Source: the human T2T-CHM13v2.0 reference genome, Homo sapiens. Taken from it: 64,000 bases of DNA. The position numbers and the translations under genes were made by a program. This document shows, piece after piece, positions 1 through 15,500 of the stretch (positions are counted from its first letter, which is position 1; the number at the start of each line of letters is the position of its first letter). The DNA lies in NCBI RefSeq assembly GCF_009914755.1, contig NC_060948.1; one strand, written 5' to 3'. The notes below the pieces were generated by a model that saw only the letters and a list, made by a program, of their open reading frames with translations, was not told the DNA's origin and did not search any database.

Positions 1-85
1 TTTGAATATAAAGAGGATTTTGCATTGTATTAAGCTCTGAAAATCTCTCGGTAAACACAGAAAACTGCACCCAGCATAATAATAT

Positions 86-88
<3 letters not shown>

Positions 89-125
<37 letters not shown>
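89..125. repeat. (CA)n microsatellite
   Basis: About 18 uninterrupted AC units. Confidence 0.98.
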
Positions 126-128
<3 letters not shown>

Positions 129-427
129 CAATTCACTGGAAACCTCACTTTATTATGTATGTTATCCTACAAGTTTATGTCTTGCCATTGTTTTGTATTT
201 GAGGATATTTTTATACTAAATAAAAAGTAAACATCCAAAATGTATAAATATTTTGGTTCAAAAATACCAAGTAGTGCATAAAAAGAAAAAATTTAAGTAC
301 TGAGGAAAAGCTTGAATAATGAAGTGCTTCACATTGAGAGAACATGATGTTTCCCAAGCAACAGACAGAAATCCACTCTGTGACCCCTTAGAGATAATAA
401 GCAAGAAAAAACAAATGTATATGACTC

Positions 428-1165
428 TGTGATATAATAAAAATCTATTTGGTCTTTGTTTTTGGTTCCTGGAACAGGGCTCCTATAATCTGTGAAATTT
501 CCTGGGAAACTGGAGTGTCATTTTAAAACACCTAAGTTTATGCTAATGAATTGATTTAGTGTGGGGCTCCTAGGTAGCCTCAGGATGGGGCAGGTCACCA
601 GAAGGACCAAGTAATTTGAGGGGTGGAAATTCTACCCTAACCATTGGCCTCTGAGGAGGTGAGCAGGAGACTGGTGATTTGACCCGATGAATCTTCTTGA
701 ACCATGTGATTCAGGGAGCTTCTTCTGGGTGGGTGAACACTTCATGGTGCTGTGAGGGTGGCATGCCTGAACAGGGCATGGTAGTTGCACAGCATCCCCT
801 CCTCAATACCTTGCCCTGTGCATCTCTTCTATTTCACTGTTTCTGAGTTTTATCCTTTAAAATAAAATAGTAAACATAAGTAGTGTTTTTCTGACTTCTG
901 TGAGTTGTTCTAGCAAATTGTCCAACCTGAGAAGGATGTCATAGGAACCCCTGAATTATAGCCAGTCAGTCAAAAGTACAGGTGGCCCCCAGGGGTTGCA
1001 GCTGGCATCTGAAATGAAAGCAGTTTGAGGAACCAAGCCCTTTAATCTGTGGGATATGATGCCAAATTCAGGTAGATAATATCAAAATTAAATTTGAGTT
1101 GTTGGGCATCCAGTTGGTGTGAGAGACTCAGAGAATTGGTTGTTGGTGTACAAAAACTTTACACA
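428..1165 (+). mobile_element. MER21-family (MER21B/C) ERVL solo LTR
   Basis: Starts TGTGATATAATAAAAATCTATTTGGTCT, matching the MER21 5' end as I recall it; typical internal blocks (CTCAGGATGGGGCAGGTCACCAGAAGGACCAAG; ATACCTTGCCCTGTGCATCTCTTC; AATAAA). Confidence 0.75.
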
Positions 1166-1312
1166 GGCAGGAACCACTTGAAGTACTGCTGCAAAGTCAG
1201 TAACAACAAGGCCACAATAAATTAAGGAAATGAAAAGATTGTTGAGCATATAAATTCTAGTCTCAACAGTGAAAAATATTGGGAACAATTGTCTCATAAA
1301 AATAAAAGACTA

Positions 1313-1674
<362 letters not shown>

Positions 1675-1867
1675 CAGAGTTTGCTAAATCCTGCAGAAGT
1701 GACTTCTTTTATCTCGGAAAATGAGTCCTAGGGGTGGCTATTTTAGTGTTGTCAAACATCTCTACAATTCTCAAAGCCTTCAGCTGTCTGGATAAGCTAT
1801 GGGTGCACATGAGACATCCACAACATAATTCCCAGCAATGATTCACAACTTACTTGAAGAAGTCTAT

Positions 1868-2032
1868 ATGCCAAATCAGATTTACAATTTTTATGAAATA
1901 TGTGTCTATTATAAATTTAAACCTTAAAAACCTGCACCTGAAATGCAGAAAAACATGCCCAGGATTTAAGGCTGTGAAAGATTTTTAACTGCAGCATTTG
2001 GAAACAATGCCAAACCCAGGACAATGAGCCGT
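1868..2032. repeat. Local direct duplication, copy 1 (~165 bp)
   Basis: Ungapped match to 2931-3040 (12 mismatches in 110 bp) and to 3632-3686. Confidence 0.92.
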
Positions 2033-2034
2033 GC

Positions 2035-2389
2035 TGATATGATTTGCCTGTGTGCCCACACAAATCTCACCTTGAATTGTAATAATCCTCGCATGTCAAG
2101 GGTGGGGCCAGGTGGAGATAATTGAATCACGAGGGCAGTTTCCCCCATACTATTCTCAGGGTAGTGAGTAAGTTTCACAAGATCTGCTGATTTTATAAAT
2201 GAGAGTTCCCCTGAACAAACCCTCTGTTACCTGCCACCATGTAATATGTATCTTGCCCCTCCTTGCCTTCCACCATGATTGTGAGGCCTCCTCAGCTATG
2301 TGGAACTGTGAGTTCATTAAACCTCTTTTCTTTATAATTACCCAGTCTCAGGTATTCCTTTATAGGCAGCCTGAGAACAGACTAATACA
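2035..2389 (+). mobile_element. THE1 (MaLR) solo LTR, THE1C/D-like
   Basis: TGATATGATTTG...CAGACTAATACA termini, ~355 bp, ATTAAA signal, CpG-decayed 5-bp TSD (CGTGC/CACAC). Confidence 0.9.
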
Positions 2390-2399
2390 CACACCTATC

Positions 2400-2720
2400 C
2401 ACATCTCCTGCTACAACTTTGCATTTGCTTTCAGATAATCACCCCACACAACCTCACAATAACTCACAAGCTGCAATCCTTCTGAAACCTACTTCCACAA
2501 GGTAAAGTGCCATATTATAGCATTTATGTGAAATTGTGCTACCACATATATTAGATTTCTATTATTTATTTTTTATGTGTCACTGAAAAAGTGTTTGAAT
2601 ATTGTGCCCAAACCTCATTTTTCTCATGAGCCCTCAGGTTTTTCTTATACAATTTTGGAAAAAAAAAATATGGTGTTTTTTAGAATACTATAAGTTGTGT
2701 TATAGAAGAACTAACTAAAC
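2400..2720. mobile_element. Degraded Tigger12/13-like DNA transposon fragment
   Basis: End TGTGTTATAGAAGAACTAACT resembles a Tigger12/13 terminal repeat; highly diverged. Confidence 0.4.
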
Positions 2721-2927
2721 ATTAAAATCTATCATCAGGGGAAGCCAGTCAATGAGAGAGCTGTATGATGGGGCCAAATCATTTTTATTTCCCCAAAATT
2801 GCTTTCCCTATACTGGCCATGGCATTAGGAAATCAACCTACAGTGAAGGACATTATAAGAAACTATCCTCTGAAATTCATTATTCTATTCACTGTAAGAA
2901 TGTTGTTGAATATGATGCTTACCACAT

Positions 2928-3686
2928 TACACAAATCAAATTTTCAATTTTGATGAAATGGGTGTCTATTATAAATTTAAACCTTAAAAACCTACACCCG
3001 AAATGCAGAAAAACATGCCCAGGATTTAGGGTGGTGAAATAGTCTTCTTTTTTTTTTTTGAACTAGAAATACCATTTGACCCAGCCATCGCATTACTGGG
3101 TATATACCCAAAGGATTATAAATCATGCTGCTATAAAGACACATGCACATGTATGTTTATTGCAGCACTATTCACAATAGCAAAGACTTGAAACCAACCC
3201 AAATGTCCAATAATGATAGGCTGGATTAAGAAAATGTGGCACATATACACCATGGAATACTATGCAGCCACAAAAAAAGATGAGTTCATGTCCTTTGCAG
3301 GGACATGGATGAAGCTGGAAACCATCATTCTCAGCAAACTATCGCAAGGACAAAAATCAAACACCACATGTTCTCACTCATAGGTGGGAATTGAACAATG
3401 ACAACACTTGACCACAGGAAAGGAAACATCACACACCGGGGCCTGTTGTGGGGTGGGGGGAGTGGGGAGGGATAGCATAGGAGATATACCTAATGTAAAT
3501 GACGAGTTAATGGGTGCAGCATACCAACATGACACATGTATACTAACTAACTAACCTGTACGTTGTGCTATGTAACTAACCTGCACGTTGTGCACATGTA
3601 CCCTAGAACTTAAAGTATAATAACAAAAAAAAAAGATTCTTAACTGTGACATTTGGAAACAATGTCAAACCCAGGACAATGAGCCA
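2928..3686. repeat. Local direct duplication, copy 2 (split by an L1 insertion)
   Basis: 2931-3040 plus 3632-3686 reconstitute the sequence of copy 1. Confidence 0.9.
3060..3634 (+). mobile_element. 5'-truncated L1 (L1PA5-like), ORF2 end plus 3'UTR
   Basis: GAACTAGAAATACCATTTGACCCAGCC through CCTAGAACTTAAAGTATAATAA-poly(A); small tandem duplication at ~3545-3590. Confidence 0.93.
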
Positions 3687-4641
3687 TACACAGTATTCTC
3701 TTTATGATGGCCCACACAAGAAGTTTCACTCTGGCCTTAGTCCCAGGAAGAGTTATGCATCTCCTGAAAAATTAGTTTGCTTTTATTTTTATGTACACTG
3801 AGACTTTTAAAGGAGTATCTTAACAGAGTTCAATGAATATTTCTTAAATAAATGAATAAATGTGTTTTTAAACTGTTTCTTTTTCCACTTTGGAGAAAAT
3901 GCTTAGAGCCAAATTTATGAGCCTCTTCTAGGAAGTGTACAGAAACCAGAAACATTATTAAAATATTCTGAGCTGAACTCACAATAATAGCTTCTTACTT
4001 GTGCATTTCAACTATAACTGATCACTGGCTTAAACCTTACTTGAAAATTTGTATAATTGCTGACAGTCTAAATAAGTAGCACTCTGACTAATGAATGAGT
4101 TATAAGTCTATTGAAAAATCCTATTTTCATAGATTCTGCAGATGCAGCACCAGAAGTCAGCTAGAGGAGACTAACTAATGTTAACAATCCTTCTGAGGTA
4201 CTTCTTAATTGACATTTTATTGTATTACAATTACGCAAACTGTGCCAAGCTGACTAGGACTAAGACAAAGGAGACAGTAGTTTATATATTTATTTACTTT
4301 TGCTCCTAAATGATTCCTGAGAAGGAGTAATAAAATCCTAAACCAGAGTATACAGGCTTTGAAATGATATATGTAAAATCCAATAAGGCCAGTGAGAATC
4401 ATGTGTACCTTCTCTCTCCTTCTCGTCCCCATATACAATAACTAGGCCCAATAACTTGAAAAGGGTATAATCAAAGTATTTAAAATAATGGAGTATATTG
4501 TGACTGAGAGTAGCAATTAATGGGAAAAAATAGTAGTTATTGGTCTGAAACTTTTACTAATAACTCTTCTTGTATAATCTCTGTCCAGCAACTTAAATAC
4601 CCAAGAGAAGCATTCTAATGCCTTGGTCACAAGTTTCTCTT

Positions 4642-7464
<2,823 letters not shown>

Positions 7465-7751
7465 GTTTCTCTTAAAGTAAAAACTTTCTTACTGTATTTT
7501 ATGACATATTTTACTGTGCATACATAGGAACTAGATGAGACCCACTAAAGAGATTATCTCTGTAACTTTTACTACTGTTGACTGAGAACACTTTATTCCA
7601 TTTTAAATCATTTGAGAAAACTGTAAACATTTTCTGAGCCTTAGGCCTGGCCTTACCCCTGATCTTTAAAACTGATAGACAACAACCACAAAAGTTTCAG
7701 TAGAAGCCATTTAAAAGAAAAAAAAGCCTCTCATTATCTTGAAACAGAAGG

Positions 7752-8799
7752 TGTATTAGTCTGTTCTCACACTGCTATAAAGAACTGCCCCAGACTGGGT
7801 AATTTATAAAGGGAAGAAGTTCAATGGACTCACAGTTTCACCTGGCTGGGGAGGCTTCAGGAAACTTACAGTCATAGTGGAAGGGGAAGCAAACACATCC
7901 TTCTTCACAAGGTGGCAGGAGAGAGAAGTGCCAAGCAAAAGGGGGAAAAGCCCCTTATAAAACTGTCAGACCTTGTGAGAGCTCACTCACTGTCATGAGA
8001 ACAGCATGAGAGTAACCATCCCTATGATTAAATTAACTCCCACTGGGTCCCTCCCATGACACATGGGGATTATGGGCACTACAATGAAGGTGAGATTTGG
8101 GTGGGGACACAGAGCCAAACCATATCATTCTGCCTTGAGCAACTACACCCCTGTGGCTTTGCAGGGTACAGCTTCCCTCCTGGCTGTCTTCACAGCCTGG
8201 CATTGAGTGTCTGTGGCTTGTTGTCAGTGGTGCATGGTGCAAGTTGTGGTGCATGGTGCAAAAGGGGGAAAAGCCCTTTATAAAACTGTCAGACCTTGTG
8301 AGAACTCACTCACTGTCATGAGAACAGCATGAGGGTAACCATCCCCATGATTAAATTACCTCCCACTGGGTCCCTCCCATGACACATGGGGATTATGGGC
8401 ATTACAATCAACGTGAGATTTGGGTGGGGACACAGAGTCAAACCATATCATTCTGCCTTAAGCAACTACAGCCCTGTGGCTTTGCAGGGTACAGCTTCCC
8501 TCCTGGCTGCCTTCACAGCCTGGCATTGAGTGTCTGTGAGTGTCTGTGGTGCATGGTGCAAGTTGTCAGTGGATCTACTATTCAGGGGTCTGGAGGATGG
8601 TAGCCCTCTTCTCACAGCCCCACTAGGCAGTGCCCCATTGGGACTCTGTTTGGGGGCTCTCACCCCACATTTTCATTCCACTCTGTCCTAGCAGAGGTTC
8701 TCCATGAGAACTCCACCCCTACAGCACTCCTCTGCCTGGACATCCAGGTGTTTCCATACCTCCTCTGAAATCTAGAGGTTTCCAAACTTTAATTCTTGA
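7752..8799 (-). mobile_element. THE1D-like LTR plus deleted THE1-int, with 323-bp tandem duplication
   Basis: LTR 7752-8127 (TGTATTAGTC...CCATATCA) followed by internal sequence; 7935-8257 repeated at 8258-~8570. Confidence 0.9.
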
Positions 8800-9512
8800 T
8801 GTCCCTAAAAACCAAATTGATTATTTAAAAAGACAAGATATAGTTATCTACATGATTTAGCTAATACAGTTGCACTAGTTATTTTTCCCAGATTCCCACT
8901 GAATGAGTCTTTAATGCGTTGGAATAAAATTATATTCAATACAAAATCTACCTTTCAAAATCAGGTAAGAAAACATACAAAACTATTCAAGTGACCAAAG
9001 TTAAGATAAATGCAGGAATGAATAATTAAAATCAAGATTTTATCACAATGTTTTAGAGTTAATCAATATTCACAGAAATGTGACACTAGTGATACATCAC
9101 AAGCATATCATGAGAGCTGAGACTTTCTTCAAATAATAATGACTAACACTGTATTTTTACTATGTATCAGTTCACCAGAGAAGCAATGTAATGAATTACT
9201 TTGTTTAATGAAGATGAAATTATTTTTCACATTTTGCCAATGAGGAAACTGAGAAACGGTTGGTACGGACAAAGGGCAGTACTCTCGTCCATGTCTACCT
9301 TCAGCTCAAGCTTTTGTTCTTAACTACTTTGCTCTAATACATACTGCATTAATGCTGGTAAGTTTGGATGGCCCATTTAAAATTTTGTCTGATTCTATAG
9401 TTATCAGTAACACAGAATACTAAATTCCTTTATCTCAGTTATAGTTACATTCAACAAATATAATATAACTAAAATATATTTTAAGTAGATTGAACTTATA
9501 TTGAAAATTAAA

Positions 9513-9710
9513 ACTGTTGTGGGGTGGGGGAGGGGGGAGGGATAGCATTAGGAGATATACCTAATGCTAAATGACGAGTTAATGGGTGCAGCTCACCAGC
9601 ATGGCACATGTATACATATGTAACTAACCTGCACATTGTGCACATGTACCCTAAAACTTAAAGTATAATAAAATAAAATAATCTGAAAAAAAACAAAAAA
9701 AAAGAAAAGA
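9513..9710 (+). mobile_element. Short L1PA3/PA4 3' end
   Basis: G-rich 3'UTR, CCCTAAAACTTAAAGTATAATAA, A-rich tail; approximate TSD GAAA(A/C)TTAAAA. Confidence 0.92.
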
Positions 9711-10154
9711 AACTTAAAAATATTGAAAAATGTTGATTGTTGATAGCAATAGTAATAAAAACATCCACAATATTGAGGATGAAAGCCTGAAAATTAACTT
9801 ATTTCAGTGATAATTTTTACTCTGTAAAGGCTGTGTAGTATAGTTAGGGATCAAAAAATTAACTTTAAGCATATTACAATTAACCATAGCAATCCAATTT
9901 TATCAATCAAAATCAAATCCATGTATGTTAATTAACAATCTGAATACTATCATTTTTCTTTCATTCAGTAGCATCCTGTTTGTATCTTGGTGAAACAGAA
10001 TAAAAGCTTCTGGCAAGATATATTAGATTTTAAAATATTTGGATAATTAACATGCTTTCATATAAAGAGTATACATTAATTAGTGTTTTACTTCCCTAAA
10101 ACACATTGATAGAATAGTTTATCATTGTATTTAATACTGTTATTATTTTCATTA

Positions 10155-10272
10155 CTAACATTCATTGAATGTTTACTAAGAACTAGTGATTGTGATAGGC
10201 ATTTTATTCACATTATCTCATTTATTGCACACAGCCCTAACATAAATACCACTATTACCTCCATTTTGAAGA
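10155..10272 (-). mobile_element. MIR fragment
   Basis: ATTATCTCATTTA...ATTACCTCCATTTTG resembles the MIR core. Confidence 0.55.
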
Positions 10273-12205
10273 TAACTATAGCTAGTATTTACTGTGGACC
10301 ACCATTAGCAATCTCAGTTCCAGTGCTCCAAAGAAATATTTTAAAATGAGTGGAACATTGTCCTTGTTCTTATGCAGGTTGTAGTCTGGTAAATTTATCA
10401 AAATTTTCTTGAAAAAATCCTGTGCATCATTATATGCCATGTTGAATTGAATCTTTGCTCTACTTTTCTAGCTAAAATATATCAGGTAGAATTATCTGAG
10501 TGTAATTATTTATATCAGAATATGTCACAGCATTTAGAGATTTTCTAATTTGTACTTAATTGCTATGATAAGAAAAATATTAATACGTAACCAAAGCAAT
10601 TATTTTGGTCTCAAATATTAAAAATGTGATGGTATTCCGCTGAAGTGTTGGAACTTTTCTTGTTATTTTGAATAAATATTTCTGTTATTCAAAGAAATTC
10701 TAACAGTTGTTTTCTGACTTCTAATGAATATGTTGCAAATGTTCTTAGTGATATACATCAAATGATTAAAGGTATAGTTTTCCAGAAAGCAGAGTTCATT
10801 ACTGTATATCTCTTATCCTGGTAAGACAAATCTGTACTTGATTTTGGTGTTAACAAAAAGAAGCAAATATTTTTTACTCTTTAATGATGTTTTATGCTTA
10901 AACTACATAGAGATTTTCTTGGTATTCATTTGGAACATTGTTTCCTTGTCTCATTAATACTTGTAGTTTTCAATTGGTAGATAAGAGGAATTTTTGTAGT
11001 TAATTTTACTCAGATGGAGAGACAAAAGCTCAAAGAAGGTAGAATCATACAAATCTGAGACCAAGTCTATTAAATAAAAGTGAAGATTATTGCCAGGAAA
11101 AATATTTTAATAATAATAATTTACCTAGAATGAAAAATTTGGAATCAAAGGTAGAACTCAGCATTCATTTATCCTTTTGTATATGGAACAATTTTAGAAG
11201 TGGGGTAGGGAAGAGGTTCAGAGTAGATTTTCAGAAGAAACAAAAGATGCACACTTATTATCTTGTCACTTCTTTATAATACATTATTATCCCTAATTTA
11301 TAAAAACATAAAGAAAATAAAATGAAGAAGAGGTTTAAAAAGAAGAGGAAGAATTTGCCTTCAAAGTAGGACAAAGAAACTAAGCATAAGAGAAACTACT
11401 TTTCAGTACACTATGTCTGAAACAAATTTGTTACAACTAAAAGAGGACACCAATATTTTAATTTTAATGTATCCAGATGGATAAGAGAAACTCAGTAAAA
11501 TTGCTTTCAACAAACAAATTAAAAAAAAAAACCCAAAGGTATCCAGCATTTCTACACTATTTATAAGTGCAATGGCTGCTGCTTCTGAAAAGACTTACAG
11601 AATCTGCTTTTATGTTATTTTTTGATGTCATTTATAGTGTAGCCATTGTTAGACAATGACTGATTCAATTAAAGCTAATGCTTTTGATTTCTTAAAGCTC
11701 TGAATAGTATTTTTAATTGCAATTGATTACATACTTATTTAATAAAAGGGAAACTGTTGAACTGACCGAATAATGGTATCCCAGAATGAGGATTTACATC
11801 AGTTATTGGTTGAAACATTTAAAACTTCAGAGTAATATTATAATTTTCCTATTATTCAAACTTATAAATGAAACAAAAAGTGATTTTTTTCTATGCTTTC
11901 AGAAACAGGAATTCACCAGAACTACTTTACTGAATAGGTGAGTGAATTATTCATTAAGATGATCAGTAGGACTGGGTCTTTTTTAACTCTAAGGAGATAT
12001 GTATATTACTTCACACAGAAGCAATTATTAATTTACTGATAGCATAGATAACTTCATACTTTAATTTTTGCAATTTTAATATACATGTTTATACTATTTT
12101 ATTTAATTTTAATAAAAGCAAATAAAGTATTGAATATGTAATCATTTTGAGATAACTCTGGAGTAGTAAATTACTATAATTTCACTTTTCTTTGCCTTTT
12201 ATTTC

Positions 12206-12569
12206 TTTATTAGTTTGTTTTCACGGTGCTGATAAAGACATACCCAAGGCTGGGTAATTTATAAGGAAGAAGAGGTTTAATGGACTCACAGTTCCACGTA
12301 GCTGGGGAGGCCTTACAATCACGGTGGAAGGTGAAAGGCACAACTTACATGGCTGCAGGCAACAGAGAGAATGAAAGCCAAGTTAAAGTGGTTTCCCCTT
12401 ACAAAGCCATGAGTTGTCGTGAGACTTATTCACTACCATGAGAACAGTATGGGTGAAACGGCCCCCATGATTCAGTTATCTCCCACTGGCTCCCTTCCAC
12501 AACATGTGGAAAATACCGGAGCTACAATTCAAGATGAGATTTGTGTGGGGACACAGCCAAACCATGTCA
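12206..12569 (-). mobile_element. THE1B-like solo LTR
   Basis: TATTAGTTTGTTTTCACGGTGCTGATAAAGACATACCC...CAGCCAAACCATGTCA, ~365 bp. Confidence 0.9.
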
Positions 12570-15500
12570 AATTATTTCTTGCAACTTCCAAAAAAAAATT
12601 TTTTTTTAGAAATAATTCATTATTTTTTGTTTCATTAGATATTCTTGTAAAGTCTTGATGGTAAATCTGAATGATCAAAAACTAAGAGCCAAATAGTGGG
12701 TTGTTGTTACATATGGTTAAAGTTCATTTAGCCCTAAAATAATGGGAACAAGAGAATAATGACCAGAGGAGGGACATTGGGGAGGTGATGAGTATAGTAG
12801 GAATCTCTAGCAGTCTTGCAGACATCATGTGAATTTTTCAAATCTGATACTCTCTTGTTTTAAGATAGCCAGATGAAAAGTCGATTCAATGGAGAAAAAA
12901 GAGGGGTTTGGCATGAAGTTTCCTAAGTACAGCCAGGCCAAAGAATGTAATGTATAGAAAAAGCCACAGTAGAGTTTATGGGAATTAAAGCAAGGGAAAC
13001 CAACTAAATTAATCTGTAGTCTTCATTCGACAATCTCACATACCTGTTTCCCTCACATATATACTCATTCTTAAATTCACTGTTATGACCACATTAGAAC
13101 TCAACTTCAAATTTGTGTTATTAATCTTTTTTATAAAGCATTTCCAAGTAGATTTACTTAACATTATCTAATATCTTGCAAGTGTATGGCAGTATTATTT
13201 TCAGCAATATGGAAAATGATGAAAATACTGGTTACTGCAATAGATTATGTTGCAGAAAATAATGCAAGAGCCTGTGAAATTCCTTGGACATGTGACACAT
13301 TATACATAAACCAGTCAATGATCTAGGGAATTATAGTGAACTCTGGTCATTCAGGTGAAGTAACATAAGAGCACAAAACATTTCTAGTTTCAATCCTGCT
13401 TCGTATCATTTACACTCACCAAGCATCAATTTCCTCTTCCATAAAATTTAGATACTAAAATTTTTGTCTTCCATAGGGCAGTTATGAGGATCTCATAAAA
13501 CAATAAATACATAGGAGTATTCTTCAAAGAACAATGTATTACAGGGATGCTAGTTATTTCTGTTAACCCAGCAACTCGAATTACCCAGGAATCCTGATTA
13601 ATGCTATGGCATATAAATTGGGAGACTCTCAAGATTCTCTAAAATCAGTTTTAAAATGTAAAATGTATGCTTTACTGGAACACATTTATCTCAAGAAAGA
13701 GCATCATAGCAATTTGAATATGTAATCTAGTATTAAAAAAACATTTGTAGCAAATTATATCCACTGTAAAGAAAATTATTACAGGACACACATGATCTGG
13801 ACTTAGTGCTTAAGGAGGTAATAGATAAGTAAGGAGATATGAAGAATAGAAAAAAAATTCTACTTTTATTTTTGAATACGTAGCTGTATTTCTGAGGTTG
13901 AGTCTGAGTTAACCTACCCGTATAACCGTTTCTTCTATCTCTTCTTTAACTAACATAGATCATCCTCTCAGTGCATCTTTTAGCCTAGAGAAAAGCTAGG
14001 TTGGGATTTATGGAAGGAACAAGAACAAAATAAAACCATATCTGCTCTATTTTTCCATATCAATTGATTTCAGAGTGTACTTCATTCTCAACAAATGAAA
14101 AAAAAAAAAAACAAGAATTTCCCTTCATGGTTTATTCTACTGGTTTAGAGGTAACTGTAATTAACTTTCTGCAAACTCCTCACTTAGCAAAAATGCATTA
14201 CCTTTCAAATTATTTGTATTGTAGATACAATACAAATCACTACTAAAAACTGATCTTGATTGATAGACCCCATAGTTGGATATTTGGAAATAAAATGGAA
14301 ACTGAGACACAGGAGAGACATATCTGAAATTAAAATGTAAGAAGTATCAGAAAATACATTGCTAATGAAGTAAGGTTTCCTAATGGTGTTTTTTCATTAA
14401 AAATACTCTTCCTGTTTTACATGAACCATAGCTTGGGTTTGCTAAAAGACGCCATGATAAATAATTAAACATGGAAATCCTGAATATCCACACTAAGGAA
14501 AATAAAACTTCCACATGCAATAACTAATGAGTATTGTAAATGTAAAATCAAGGCCCTAGTGTAAATTTTATAACAAATACATGAAATAATATAGTGAAAT
14601 TTTAATTTATGTAATTATTATATATAAGCTGTATTGTTATATATATTTTATATACATGTAATGAAAGTCATGGTTAAATAATCTAGTATATTTAAGTTTA
14701 TGGATTTAAATTTAAATTTATTAAATTTAATTGTATTAAATTTAATTTTTATTAATTTAAATTTAAATGGCTTAAAACACATTGAGTTGTTTTATATATT
14801 TTATACAACAAATATATCTAAACTAAATATTAAAAATTATTAAATGCTTTAATGGACAAATAAATGACAGATAATTTAAAATGTTATTTGTTTTTCTTTC
14901 AAGATGGCACATTAGAGGCTTTTAGCTTGCCTCAGCCACTTGGAAATACCAAGAGAGTTCATAAAGATAAACACTGTGTGCTTTAATACAAGAAGGGAAA
15001 TGGGAGTACACCAGAGTCATGAAGGACACCCCAAATCCTGGGGATGAGATCATGGGAAAACAGCCCCTCTGTCAATGTCTGGCTGATAAAAGTGAGTGAA
15101 GCCCCAGTACATGAGAGAGGCAGAAGCCTCCCTCTTTGACTCACCTTTCCTCGGGGGAATCTGAGCAACCTAGGCCAAAGAGCACCCTTTTTTTTCTCCC
15201 AAGTCTTGGAACTAACTTGGCGAGAGGCATAAAGACGCTGTGAGAGAAAGACACTAGGAAAAGCTGCACTCATTTTCCAAGACCCAGAGCTGAGATCAGG
15301 ATGGCATTTTTAATCCGGGCTCATGCAAAGTCAGCCATTCTGTGGCAACCCAGAAGCGTGGCCGTGTAGACATTTTAGTTTCAGGCCAGAGTTTGGAGGG
15401 CCTGCTCTGGTGTAGGGTAGGGGCCTCCTCAGCCAGAACTGTGGAAACTGCCTCAGCATCAGGTGCTGGAATTGTGCTCTCCCCTATTGCATACTTTGAG

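Noticed and set aside
1838-1941. Duplicated segment as a C/D box snoRNA
   Set aside because: Box C is imperfect, box D (CTGA) is lost in copy 2, and there is no convincing terminal stem.
2752-3042. 96-aa plus-strand ORF across duplication copy 2
   Set aside because: No recognisable homology; differences between the copies are mostly non-synonymous in this frame.
11540-11820. Possible conserved enhancer with homeobox-like motifs
   Set aside because: TAAT/ATTA motifs are expected in AT-rich DNA and conservation cannot be judged from one sequence.
14704-14768. AT-rich quasi-palindrome (ATTTAAATTTAAATT arms)
   Set aside because: Low-complexity TTTAAA repeats are self-complementary by composition.
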